A DNA stretch of 64,000 nucleotides from Ramazzottius varieornatus (lineage: Eukaryota; Animalia; Tardigrada): assembly GCA_001949185.1 (NCBI GenBank), contig BDGG01000011.1, positions 1,252,318 through 1,316,317 on the forward strand, in the 5' to 3' direction. Within the stretch, counting starts at the first letter, position 1, and every line of letters begins with the position of its first letter. Below the pieces are notes generated by a model. The model was not told the DNA's origin. It did not search any database and saw only the letters and a program-made list of their open reading frames with translations. Shown here in pieces: positions 38,532 to 51,773 of this stretch. Position numbers and translations under genes: made by a program.

Positions 38532-40032
38532 GCACTTGTTTCAAGTCAAATTTTCGACCTCAGTTTAAGCATTGGCTAGTACGACATTGGGTTCTCCACT
38601 ACTGCACCCCAGAGCACTGTTCCTGTCTCTGGGCGATTGTAATAATGCGTTTAATGGATGGTGCCTGCATAAGCTCTTTGGCAGCTTAAGCCTACTTCGT
38701 TTGAACGGTTCTGTCCGTAATAAATGGTGGCCTTGGTCGACGAAGTCAGCCGGCTCACTCAACGCCTTGAGCACCACGCGATTTCGAGCTCTCAGAACAC
38801 CAGATGGGAAAGTCACTTTCGCCTTTTTTTAAACTGGTCGAAACAGATGGCGTTGTCAAATGGAGCCAATCACCACGTTCACGATTGGTCGAAATTTGGG
38901 AATATGATATACAGTGCGCCACCTATCAACTTGAAACGGCTAACCTTCATATTTTCCTCTAGATCGCCGGACGAATCTTCTCTCAAATCTGGTGCATGCT
39001 CTAGATGCACAAATGTTCGAACTCCAACTGGATCTTTCTTTTGAGACACTGGCTCAACCAAGATCCTGACTGAGAAATAATTTGCTGGCTAGGATGAAAT
39101 TTCCATCGAAAACGGAGAAAAATCCACCATACACTCTCCAGTGGATGGTAGTTATAGTTTGAAGGGAAGTTGATTCTTCAACCAAAGAGGATAAACGAGG
39201 GGCAGCAGCTTAAGTAAAACCTTGAAACGTACGCATTATCAATAGTATGCGCTGGGAGGGTGTGTCTACCACCCTGTGCTCAAGGTGTTAAGTCACTCCT
39301 TATGGGGCAAAAGGTTTCCCGGCGGGCCGTACGTTCCAGAAGTACTCATGTAAAGCTGGAGACCAAGTTCGGTGAGCTAGATGTTTCTTGAAAGTTTGAT
39401 GCGCCACTTTGGCGAAATCAGCCCTGGCCAAACAAACAAGTTCCAGAACCATCCCCGGTACCCCATAACCGTGGGACAGCACAAACATACTGGTCGAATT
39501 TTTCTGCTAGCCTTGCAACTGGATACCTGGCTGGAACGAAAGTTCGAGAACAGAATTGCATTTCGCTTGGATTATTAGCCGCATTTTTAAAAAATTTTCA
39601 CCAGGTGTATCACGAATTTGAACCGGCACCAAATATCGTGGCTCTAGAAAATCTGATTTAAATCGGTCTAGATCAGGTCGCTAAAAATCCAAGACGGGAA
39701 AGCAGTACTGTCAGTAGCTAGTCGATCTAGTCGACTTTTTCTGTTCCCGTTTTCCCGGCTCAGATTTCACAGAAGACCGAAAAACGGCTGGTCTACTGAA
39801 TTCGGTTACGGGTTTCAAGATATTTAGTCTTCAAGCACGAACCGTCAAAGACGCGACAAGCTTTCTGTTTTCTGGGCGACATCACGGAGTATCTGTAGAA
39901 AGGATTCGGTTTGAAATCAAACAGAATCCAATTTTTATAGTGGCTCGTCTGGGGTGCCCGTTTCCATTTTTCTGAATCATCGACAAGCTGCGAGCGAGTC
40001 GAAGGCGAAGCGTACAGCTTGTAACTTCGCTT

Positions 40033-41907
40033 AATGACTACAAGGTAAAAGCAACGGAGTGGTCATAGCAAAATCACATAGGAAAGTGGTCATAGCTGGA
40101 TGTCAGCAACTGGTGGCTCAAATCGTTTCACTTTAGGCTGAATCAACAGGGAGAAGCCTGTAGATTCATATGGTATCCACAAGAAGCGAGGATACCGTCC
40201 AGCATATGAGATTCTGCTCCTCAAAGTAAGACGACTCGCTCATGTGTTAAAGAGCCTACGGCAAAAATTTAATACAGGCCACCAGAGGCGCCTGCGTAGG
40301 CGCGTTCTTCTCTTTGAAGCGACGTCATCCATATGGTTTATACAGTGCAACCCGGTACAGCTACGTCAGAACCTTGTTATTGACGTATACTGAACCGATT
40401 TTCCTTGTTCGGTAAGATGATACGACTTTGCCAAAATTCATAAAGGAATCCTTTAAAGTTTGCTTGTCCATGTTATTTCATAATGGCTTCACCTAAGTTA
40501 AAGACAGCTGCTGAGGTCAGCAAGGAGCTGATGGACTCTGCCATCTCTGCAGTAAAAGATTGAGGAATCAGCAACAGATCTGCTGCACGGTACTTTGGCG
40601 TAGCGCGCACAACGCTGGTACGACGTCTTCAAATTCCCCATGCTCAAAGACGCGGTGGTCCAACGAAGTTTCCTTCACGAGTGGAAAAAGAGCTGTCTGA
40701 ACTACTTGAGGCTTGCTGCACTATCGGGATTCCCCCAAGATTCGCGTTCAACGTAGGACCAACACTGCAGTCTGGCTTTGCACGTTGTGGCCTGTTTCCC
40801 TTCAGTCCGGCGACCATTAGAGGCACCGTCAAACTTTTCAACGACCCGACTATAAATGCAAGCGGAATCCGCCAAATTGAGCCAGGCCAAGATCACGAAG
40901 AACTGTTCGAGCTTCTGCGCAGACGATACGGCATCACGTCCGATATTCACCATGAAGAAGTATGGGACTGTGTCGAGAATGTTCAAAAAGGCAACACTTC
41001 CGGTAAGGTGCTTGCGGGTGCACTGGCGAAGTCGTTGATGGATGACACCCCGAAGAAGAAGCGAAAGCAAAAGAACACCATGCTCAATCTAACATCTGGA
41101 GCTATGGTGACGTCAGACGAAATCGTGAAAACGGCAGAAATGATTCAAGCTGAGAATCTAGGAAAGAAAGCAGCACTGAAGGCGACGAACGCAGCAGAGA
41201 AAGCAGGAAGACAAGCAGGGGAAAAAGTCGCTTCGAAAGCTGCGGAAAAGGCGGCTACCAGGGCTGCGAAGGCAGCAGAAAAGGAAGCAGAGAAGGCTGC
41301 AAAAGCGGCGGAAAGAACAGCCAAAGCAGTGGAAAAGGCCGCGGTCAAGGCTGCGAAGGCGGTGGCGAAGGCTGCCGCAAAACTCTCCGCAAGACTTGTC
41401 AAAGCAAGCAGAGTCAGCAAGCGGAAGGCTGCAGAGCCTGCATCGATGATCAGTTTTTTGTCGAAGAGGTTCAAGCAAGCTTCAAGCAGTGAAGACCCTC
41501 CGAACTTTTCTTTTATTTCGGATATCACCGCAGCGGAATCCGTCTTAAACTGATCAGGCCTTTTTGACTGTGGAAAAAATTTCTATTGAGCTGTATCATA
41601 CGTAGGGGATTTCCTAATAATTTCACCTCTGAAAATCCCGTGTTGTTAAATGGTATGAAGTTTTGGTTGGACAAGTAATCGTAGTGCCGTAGTGCGTAAT
41701 AGAATACAAGTAAAGTAAGCTCGACCATGCGCGAAATGAAACTGGGAAATTATACCGCAGTTTATCAATACCGTACCCCGGACTGCAGTCTGCTTGCGGT
41801 ACAAAAGCCTATGCTTCACGTGCTGCCATCGCATACCGCAAAGTATGACCGATACCTTGCGCAAAATCTGCTATGACCACTACGTTGCGTTTACCTTGTA
41901 GGTACTG
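40033..41907 (+). mobile_element. pogo/Fot1-like DNA transposon with an internal deletion
   Basis: Inverted termini CTACAAGGTAAAAGCAACGGAGTGGTCATAGCA and TGCTATGACCACTACGTTGCGTTTACCTTGTAG(GTACTG|TA); the left terminus is eroded. Confidence 0.75.
40483..41553 (+). pseudogene. pogo-like transposase lacking the DDE domain: psq-type HTH joined to the post-DDE tail and an Ala/Lys-rich repeat
   Basis: MDSAISAVKD*GISNRSAARYFGVARTTLVRRL (HTH_psq-like, TGA at 40561); EKELSELL...GIP joined to SGFARCGLFPFSP; AAEKAA repeats. Confidence 0.75.
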
Positions 41908-42315
41908 TAACACACGTCATCTGGTGCGTCACCTTCTTTCGCCAGCATTCCGTCTAAAAACAGGTCAATTCGGTTACGTAATGACCAAACCTGTACGCAC
42001 TAAGGCAAGTCATGTGTGATCTTTTTCCCGAATGTTTTTGAACTGTACTTTGAATTGCCGTGAGGCATGAGATCGACTGATTAAAGTGCTTAAACACACT
42101 ACCGTGACGCGTGTATTGTTCATGTTCTGTGGTCCTCGATGGATGGCAACAGGTTGAAAGCAGCAGATACTTATCGTTTTTATCCTCACTCCGCGCCACT
42201 TATCACTTGTCAGTCCGCACCATACGCAAACTCACATGTGCATGCAAATAGTCAATGCTGAAGATGTCTTGCGTCTACCGAATCCAGTTATAGTTTGATC
42301 CTGTTACGCAGCAAA

Positions 42316-44497
42316 ATGTTGTCGCGTCGAAATGAACTCGAGCGGACCAGGAGAGCGGGAACTTTAGAAGAGTCCTCTGAGCATATTGAAGTTCGGACGG
42401 CTCATGATTGGGAGTACTACAAGAGCCGACGGAAAATTAGGCTTGTGCTTGACGATGGCACCATCTCCTTTTTCTGGTGCGGTCGTAGTATCATCAGTCC
42501 ATTTCGACTATTATTCAGTGAAACGCTACAACGATATCTTCATTACAGGAGAGCGCACACAATTACGGCTCTCATATTGATCATCTGCGTTCTCATGTAC
42601 ATCACCTTTTTGGAGCCAGTATCTTACGATTCTGTGGTCAATAATCGCAGGTACGAAAAGCCACTTGGCACTCTATCGTAGTATGGCTTATAATACCTCC
42701 TTTTTATTTCTCAGAATAATGACTTTTGTCAGTAACGGTCTTTCGTTTTACGCCAATGATGTTTCCTAGAGGTATCCTGGCTGTGATGGTGATGTTTCTG
42801 GTGTTTGGGATGATGACAACTGGTGACGCTCCCTTTCGCCGACCACACCCCATCGTCTGGCGATTCGTCTTCAATGTTTCCGTCCTGTATGAACTCTGCC
42901 TGGTGTATCTTATTATGCAGGTCAGTCTAAGCTCTCCAACGTTCGCCATAACCTAGGTGACTGCTGAAACCTCTCAGCTACATACTGTATACACGTAATT
43001 CCGAGTTTCTGAGCATATTCGGTTGATTACCAGGATCATGTTATTTTGATATTTAACAGACTGCCGACGATGCACGGCAGCTTCTCAAGCAGCTGGACCC
43101 AACTTTAGGAGTGGAACTGCCAGAAAAGGATTACGGAGGCAACTGCCTTTTGTACGACAACACTCATACCGACCCATACCATAACATTTGGGTAAATGAT
43201 GGTCGACAGCTATAATGTTTTCTAGTATAATGTTTTCGATCAAACTTTGAGAGGGGGTGGCTGCGTCCGGGGTTGATATTTTGCTCTTGTACAACTGATG
43301 CTGTTTCGTAGGACAAATTGGACGTGTTTGTGCTCACTCACTTTTTCGGATGGTGGCTGAAAACACTGGTGTTGCGCGACTGGTGGCTGTGTACAGTCAT
43401 CAGCATCCTCTTTGAATTGATGGAGTACACGTTGGAGCACCAGCTGCCAAACTTTAACGAATGCTGGTGGGATCACGTAAGAAGTTGACCGATCGCCTTG
43501 GTCAGCGCAGCACGATGACTTGAGCTGCACGCTTTTCTTTACAGTGGATTATGGATGCTTTGGTCTGCAACGGTCTGGGCATTGTTTTTGGAACAATGAC
43601 GCTGAGATATCTGGAAATGCGGCCCTATCACTGGAGAGGACTGTGGAGAATTCAAACCTACTCGTCCGTCTTTCTCACCCAGTTAATCACAGACCTCAGC
43701 ATCGCTCCATCAGTTTTTTCTCTGCAGAGGGAAACTCCAGCGGATAGTGGCGCAGTTTACTCCCTATAGTTGGGTGGAGTTCGACTGGCGTCCATTATCC
43801 AGTTTTGGGCGCTGGACGGCCATGATCGGGGTGGTATCAATTGTAAGAATTCCGTCAAGCAGATCAGGTCTGAAATAATTCAGAGCTCATGTCATGACGG
43901 TAAAGTGAAGCCTAACAACATATTCTTTCTACAGTTTCTCATGGCCGAGCTGAATACCTTCTACCTCAAGTTCGTCCTGTGGGTACCACCGCCACACTGG
44001 ATAAACCTCGTTAGGCTGATATTTCTGCTACTATGTGGAGGAGTTGCCATCCGGGAAGTCTTTGAATATCTCGACAATCCGTAGGTCTATTTTCATGCGC
44101 GCAACTTTATTGCTTACGCACTTTGTGTCAGAACGGGGCCTGGTTTGGTAGGCACTGCACGCAGCTGGGTAAACAAGCATGGATGATCTTGGTTGTCGTC
44201 GTGACCGAACTTCTCGTTGTGATGCGCTTTGACTTGCCGATGATTACCAAGCCGCTACCGCCCGAAATGACTCTTTCGTGGTTGACGTTCCTAGTTCTCT
44301 GCCTGATATGGACGATATGGCGCTTCGGCTACCGCGGGCAGGTCAAGTTGGGTCTTGGGGGGCAAGCCTCACGCAACAATCAAACTGCTCCTGCATTGGA
44401 ACCTGAAACTGAGCCAACCTTGTACAAATCAGAACGCGATATGGGAACGGTTTCAACAATTCCGACGAAAGATTTGGTCGACAAGAAAGAAAGATAA
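42316..44497 (+). CDS. PTDSS2: Phosphatidylserine synthase 2 (base-exchange type), about 9 exons
   Basis: [114 protein letters not shown]. Confidence 0.95.
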
Positions 44498-45194
44498 ACA
44501 GACACCGAATTATCTCGTTATTTTTCAAATTTTGGACTTTTGTCAAGTTTTCAATCGATTAATGCTGGTGTGTCCATCTGGGAACACTGGTCACGTCACC
44601 GAAACGTGACTTGTCACACAACCGATGTATGATGACGTGCGCTGGCTTATGTACAGTGTTGAAAGTGAATCCCCTCCGCTGCCAATTTTGACTAGTTTGA
44701 TGGTTCCTAAGTGAAATACACGGGCTGTAGTCTTGCAGATACAAAAGTAATTAAAAATGTGCACCGGAAGGGATGAACTTTCAGCACTGTATGAAATGTC
44801 GGATCATGTCGACCAGCCAATAGCAATATCAATAGCAATACAACTAATGCCTGCGGACACGTCACAGGTCTCGTTCAAACGCCAGACACTGACCACGATG
44901 CTGTATCGTGAAAAGATCGAGCCGCAAGGTCTAAGTTCGCCGGCTTTTCCCTGTATACCAGGTACTCCGCCTACCCACTTTTTGGCACGCGTCCCTTGCT
45001 TGGTTGGTAGCTGGCTTGGTGAAAAGAAGAATTTAGAGTGAGTCCTGCATTATTTCTTCTTCCGTCGGCTTGTTGGGTCCTCAGTCTCCCCGACCGTGGG
45101 TTTCACTCGATATTGCTTCAATTCTTTCGAGCACGGAACTTCGTCCGCTAATTAGCGAGCTGTCTCTCAGTTTACTGTATCGATCGAAAAAGCC

Positions 45195-47498
45195 ATGCCA
45201 GGATTCGAAGCAACCCATCTGTCGGCGAGGCGTACCACCAACGAGCCGGACCACGTCGACCAGCAGGACTCGGTCCGCCTTCCCAACAAGGTGACGGGGA
45301 AGAAGAAGGCAGACGCCTTCCAGGACGCTTTGCTTGGTCTTGGCCTCGAGGGCAAGGATGTGCTGTTTATTGCAACCATGGACAGGTACGTTAAATTCAG
45401 CGCTCCTCACGTCCTGGCTACGACCACAGTTGTCGTTTGAGATAAGCGGTGCTTCACAACGGGCAGCATTTTACCGTGGTCCCTACTCTGGTCCAAAGAC
45501 GAGCAGATGTTTCCCGTTTGTCCTTATGGCTGCGCAATTTCAACATTCCTTTTCTTCTTATAGTTTTCCGTCCTTCGAGGACGTTATTGAGCTGGTTCGT
45601 TCCTTGGAGTACTTGAAAGTCTTCCCACCAACAGCGTCACAGAACGGACATCAAAATGGAAAGGAGGCCAGAGAAGAAAGCCTCCTTCGCGTGACTTCGG
45701 CTGCTGAGAGGTAGGACAATTTTTATTGGTGCTTTTGCTCTGTCCAAAGTTACACACATTTTTTATCGATTGCAGCAAGGACGTTGTGGCCATCAATTAC
45801 GCTGCCAATCTTCTCGATGAGGAATCGCTTCGAAGACTGATCACCCAGTGCCTGGACGCTCTGCGGACCGGTGGTACCTTGTTGATGCGCGAACACCTTG
45901 GCGGAAGCACGACAGGTATGCACTTTCTTGCCATAATTGTATTTCGGCACTTTTCTTCCACGTCATAGTTTGCTGTTGTAGGAGGGGACTCGGGCCCACA
46001 TCTCCATTACCGTGACGTGGCGCAGACCTGCTCATTGCTCAACAGTGTCAGTTCGTCCTCCGGGAACGAAGGACTTCAACTCATGTCCGCTTGGGCGCCT
46101 GAACCGGTAAGTTCAGAACAACTTGCAATAGTCAGACCTGTAAGTGTGACAGAAATGTTCTGGCTTGACATAACAAGCGCATCTTATGACAGATTGATGG
46201 GGAAGAAGAGGTAACCTGGATGTACAAGAAGGTTCCGTCCAGTGCCGTGGAAAAGAAGCTGCAAGAATTTCTCGATACGTCACAGTATTCCAAGAAGGGC
46301 ATTCTCAAGTATGAACAAGTCTTCGGTCATCGTTATGTCAGCACAGGCGGTGAGCACACCACCAAAGAATTCTGCCGGCTGCTGGACCTACAGAAAGGAC
46401 AGAAAGTCCTGGATGTGTGTTGCGGCATTGGCGGTAGCGCTTTCCATATGGCTAAGGTACGGCATGTTCCCGTTGAACAAGTGACGCAAGAACGTTACTT
46501 TGTAATAATATGATCGGCATTGGCAGACTGGCAAACCAGACGCACAAAGATCGTTGTCTCAAGGTGCGCACTTTTCAAGTGTTAATGGCCAACAGCGTGC
46601 GCCACCTGGACAACCATCTTGTCGAGTTTGTCCAAGAGGCGCATGATATAGTGCTAATGACCGAGAGCGTGCGCCACTTACGATACGTTTTCGTACGGTT
46701 CGTTTGTCGGCCTTCCATTTTACAATCAAGACAAAATCTTCATGATCATTCAGACTTGTTGGTCTAGGAATATGGCGTCCATGTTCATGGTGTCGATCTT
46801 TCTTCCAACATGATTTCCATTGGCCTTCAACGACGCCGAGAAGGGAACCTCCACGGCGTGGACTTTGAGATGTGCAACGTTATGACCAAGGACTTTGAGC
46901 CCAACTGTTACGATGTCGTGTACAGCCGAGACGCCATCATGCATATGGAGGACAGGCGCAAACTCTTTGATATTCTTCTCGTAAGTGCTGCATTTCATAG
47001 TAGAAACCGGGAAAGTTTGTCTCACAAGCTGTCTGCTCACTAACAGTTTCTGTTTTTTCTCCCAGAAATGCTTGAAGCCAGGTGGGCGTCTCTTCGTTAC
47101 GGATTACTGTCACGGTGCGAAAGAGCACTCCCAAGAGTTCAAAGATTACGTGAGGCAGCGAGGATACAACCTGCTATCCGTCTCGGACTACGGAAAGGTA
47201 CGGTAAATCGATACAAAGAAAATCATTTCGTCAACAAGACGCAACCTGGAATTCTCCGTGCTTTTTCCAGTTGCTAGAGGAAGTTGGTTTCACCAACGTC
47301 ACAGCCGAGGATCGGACAAAGCAGTTTGTCGACATACTCTACAGAGAACTAGCTGACTTCGAACCCCTGAAAGGACAGTTTGTGCGCGATTTCTCCCAAG
47401 AAGATTACGACGAAATCATCAACGGATGGCGCATCAAGACAGTCCGCTGCGGCGCTGGGGACCAGGCATGGGGCATGTTCCTAGCCCGAAAGACCTAG
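45195..47498 (+). CDS. Phosphoethanolamine N-methyltransferase (PMT/PEAMT) with degenerate N-terminal and intact C-terminal methyltransferase domains; true start may lie in an upstream exon near 44800-44930
   Basis: QEFLDTSQYSKKGILKYEQVFGHRYVSTGGEHTTKEF, KVLDVCCGIGG, GVDLSSNM, YDVVYSRDAIMH, LKPGGRLFVTDY, WRIKTVRCGAGDQAWGMFLARK. Confidence 0.92.
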
Positions 47499-50400
47499 AA
47501 ACTATGTCGTAGATTTTGTCTACATCTGCAAACCTTCTTTGCTGTTTGTGCTATTCCCAGCAAAGACTTTGACTGAGACTGCAATACCAACATCAACGTT
47601 ATTTAGCCCAGAGTACTGTGTAATTTTCGGTGTGGGCTGCCCACGATGATTGTGAACGACGGAAAGCACCAAACCGACTTCGAGGCACGCCGTTAGCTGG
47701 CATAAAAAGGGGTCCACATACTGTATCCAGCCGTCTCATATGCAGTGTAGGTTGGCTATTTATGTCTCCGGCCAACTTGGAATTCCGTAGGGTTCGAACG
47801 GCTCGCACTGGGATCTGAGCTTACTTTCAGCACCTAAGACTGTTCGATGAGACATACGCCTGTATACTCGACGGGTTCAATCGGACAATTTATCTAGACG
47901 AGGTCGATATAGGGTAAAACTGGGAGGAATGAGGCTATGAGAACTTACTAAGCGAAGCTAGTATCAATCAATTACTCACGCTGGGAAAGTGTCGGACGGG
48001 CACTTTTCGCTCCTGCGCAACCGCAGTTTCCGACTTGACAGGCTGGCTTCTCAGAATCGGGGAATATTCTTTTTGCGCTGTTGGTAGCAGACGAGCTACG
48101 GCGTGCTACTGCGTTCTGCAACACAGTATGGCGTATTATTTGATTGATTCGCTGGTGGAGTGTGCCGTGCCGATGATGCAATGACCGCTTCTTGACTCGT
48201 AACACGTCGGGAAAAGTATGGCGTTCCGCTGCGCACTGGGACATGTCAGAGAGCGGCTGATTAGCATCCGCAATGTGAGTGGGACGAGGGTTCTCAACCT
48301 GCAATGAAATAAAAACGCTCAGTCAAAAGCCAGTGCCGTAAAGTGTTACGTTCCTATTTCTGAAACGGACTTTTGCAATATGGTGTAGAATTTAATGTAC
48401 GATTCTGCTGCGTGCAACTCTACTGCGCACGCTGCCACGCACGGAAGGAAAGTTTGGAGCATTAAAAACTTTGGGTCAGACGGAAAAGACGGTACATCGA
48501 ATTCAATCACAGAAAAAATGCCGAAATGTGCATTGGTGTGAACTGCAAACTTACCTACGTACAGGCCAATTACACTTGATGGATTTTGATGTTTCATAAG
48601 AAAAATTCTATTCTTGTGGGTTACTTCACACAACTTTGATTGTTTGATTGGTATAATTCACGCATCGCTACCTGTTTTACCGGGAAAAAAGTGTCGTGGC
48701 TACTGCGAGATTTACTATTCCCTTGTCAAGCAACTACGACACCCCGGATAATTCATCTTATATAGCTGACTGTTGACGCTACAATTTAGGATATAATTTC
48801 CCATTTTGCTATCTTCAGCGCGAGGAAACAGGATTCATTTGAAATACGTGTACGAGTAGCGATTTTCGCTGATCAGAAAGAATTAACTTGAAAGAAATGT
48901 ATCTTAAACTGACGTACATCAAATGCCACTTCGAGTAGCGTCAGCGGAATAGTCAAAAAACCTTTTTTGGGAGTGAGTGGGCCTTCTTCCCTTGACTTAC
49001 GGCCGGTTCGTTCTTTTTGGCGAGACTTTTTCTGATGGTGCGCAAGCTCAACGACAATCTGCAGCGATGCTTAGAAGAGCCACATTTATGTGAAAGCGAA
49101 AAAAGGTTTAACAAGATTATTCCAAGTACGTTTTGGTGCATCAAAATCCATCCAGGTAATTGGCCTCACCCTGTACTGTCGTTCCGCTCCTTTTTACCAC
49201 TGTTCCAAACTATCCCTTCGTGCGTGTACAAGTAAGATATTTCACGATGTTGACATCACTCTGGTCGGCAAACGAAGTTCGGAGTAATACTTGACAGCGC
49301 CGTTTCTGATTCGCAGAACCTGCTGTACTTGAATAGAACTCTAGACATTGGGACATGGAGGGACCAAGTAACTCACGTTGGATGGAAACTGCGTGTCCTT
49401 CCCTTCCGGACTCTCAGGTACGGTGCCTGCTTTTGATCGCGCATCTGGAAACGGTATTTGCAGCTGAGCAGCCGGTTGACTGGAAGTTCCCTTGTCCATC
49501 GCCTGCTGCATGGGGACTACGTCAGCTCTCATATCGGTCTTGGGGCGCTGTAGGGAAGGAAAAGCACAAGATGAAACGTCGAGGAACGTTACACAGATAC
49601 CAAGTATGGCGTGGCCACTGACAAAAGTAAGACTGTGATCGAACAATTAAAGCAGACTTAACCAAGGAGCTTCTCGAAGACAATGATGGTGAAGACTCCG
49701 CTCACTGCTGCTGGTATACCTTCCCGAGTAGTGTTTGGTAACGACGTACGTCTTAGAAGCCAGCAGACGATCTCTTCAAACCTTCTCACACAATGCAACG
49801 GACTTACCCTCAAAAATTTCCTTACGGAAAATTAAACCACACCGATATTCGGGAAGATTAAGAGATGCGGATTGGGCAGTCTTGTGTTGTCAGTGTGACA
49901 TCGCGCGAAGACCTGAATGCGCTCAACTCGTGTAGTACAGTAAGTTACCACCCAATGGCAGCAAGTCGACCCTAGTGTACATGCTTAAGTGGACGATGCG
50001 GCAGTTTGGGTGAGAACAAGAAAGACAGTGCGGTTTCGGTCAAATTTTCGTCATGCATACCATTACTAAGAGACAGCGCACTGCTCGTGAGGCTGAGGTG
50101 GCATTTAACGCGGATCAATGAACAACGCATGGCAGAGGTCTGCTTGAAATCACGCTTGTGAGCTTAGTACGTGCATTCTCTCTGGCTGGTACATTACCAG
50201 CTCTTGCAGGGCCAGCTCGTGCAGCCAACACGGCGCTTTAGGCGGGCTTTCAGGCACTACATGATCGATGAATGTTCAGAATCGCGCACGTTTGTATGGC
50301 CAGCACTTTTTTGGGCGGGCGGAAGCGCTGAAGGCAGCGGGTTGTGGTATGTATCAATACAATGCAAGATGGCTTCCTAAAACGCGAAGAGGTCAAGAGG

Positions 50401-51586
50401 ACTCATCCAGCGCAGAAAATTGGCTGTATGCTGTTATCCACCGCATTAACCACTGGGCGCAAAAACGATCCCAAGATGGACTAGAGTGCACGCGGCAAGC
50501 TATGCCAGGGCTTAGAAACGGACATCCGGTTCAGGTTGAAACTTAATCTCTTCAGAAATTCCTCGTAGGTGGCCTGGCGGGAAACAACTAGCAAAACGCG
50601 GAAGTGCCACGAGGAAACGGCGAAGTTGTAAATGTAAACTCGCATGGGTGAGCTACCCGCTGATCCGAATTCTTAACTTCTTGGCTCTTCCTCCTATAAA
50701 GCAGGCCTACCTTTCTGTCAAATATGGCACAACTCATTTGCCGCGCAAATTAGTTGACACCCCGGGCCTGGCAAAACAGTTGATGATAGGTTTCTGTCAG
50801 TTTACAGTCACGCTCATGGGTCATCGTACACCCATGGCATTCATTTGCCTGGTTGTATCTTTTGAACCCGTCGTCCGATTTTTCTAATCTAAACACCACC
50901 AATGAGAACACAGGCGAGTTGCTGGTTCAATCAATCCACCGCTAAAAGTCGGTGATTCAGACAAGGAAATATGGGCCATTTTTGACCGCCGCTCTCCCGT
51001 CACGTGACAGGTTCAATGTATCCGCATCGTGCATTTCTAAAGAGAGCAAAAATTCTGAAACCTCGAACTGTGAAAGAGAATACTTTGGTCTTTCACAGCA
51101 AACCACCGTTGCTCGTCCTCTTTGATCAAGCAAGTAAAATTAGCCAAAAAGTTGTTACCCGATTGAACTGGCGCACAAGGAGAAGCGCGACATACCACCC
51201 GGTATTTTCTATAACTTTTATTCTGCAAAATCAGCGTTCGCTTCTCCCAGAATTTACTGCCCCTGGTTTGTAGCCCAAGCTATGCAGTACAACACAAAGA
51301 CTCGTTTCTCAGAAAGGAGTAACAGCTCTTGCGGTAAAAAAGTTGCGAACTAACCCTGGTCAAAACCCAACGCTGCTTCTTGCATCATTCTTGTTACTTT
51401 CTCCTCTCATTTGAATCGCTCTAATTGTGGTTGTGAAATATTGTACAGAGCTTTTTGTTGGTGATCACCATCATACAAAACGAAGAAGTTGATTTACAGT
51501 GCCTTTGCTGTACCATGCTTTGTACTAAGCATCTGACGGGGCATTCTACGCGCATGAAACGAGAAGCTTACGGTGCGTTAAAAAAC

Positions 51587-51773
51587 CAGTCGTATGAATA
51601 TTGAATTCACGAAAGTGAATAATTCAATTACTGTCGCGAGCTGAATTCCGATTAATTGTAGTTACTAAACCAAACTAGATTGAATCCCGCATAATTTAAA
51701 TTGCTGCGGCCCGAGGTAATCCAATTAATCGTAATTGCAATTAAATCAATAAAGTCATATTAAAACAACACTG
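51587..51773. mobile_element. hAT-type MITE (AATT-rich)
   Basis: CAGT...AACACTG termini; 8-bp flanks TAAAAAAC and CAAAAAAC (7/8). Confidence 0.55.

Noticed and set aside
38565-39061. Possible DDE transposase remnant on the minus strand (LEHAP...LAPFDN)
   Set aside because: Similarity too faint, broken frames, no TIRs identified
41140-41420. Dsup- or LEA-like protein suggested by Ala/Lys-rich repeats
   Set aside because: Only compositional similarity; the segment is the tail of a TIR-flanked transposase remnant
41145-41528. Ala/Phe-rich membrane-like minus-strand ORF
   Set aside because: Antisense of the AAEKAA repeat
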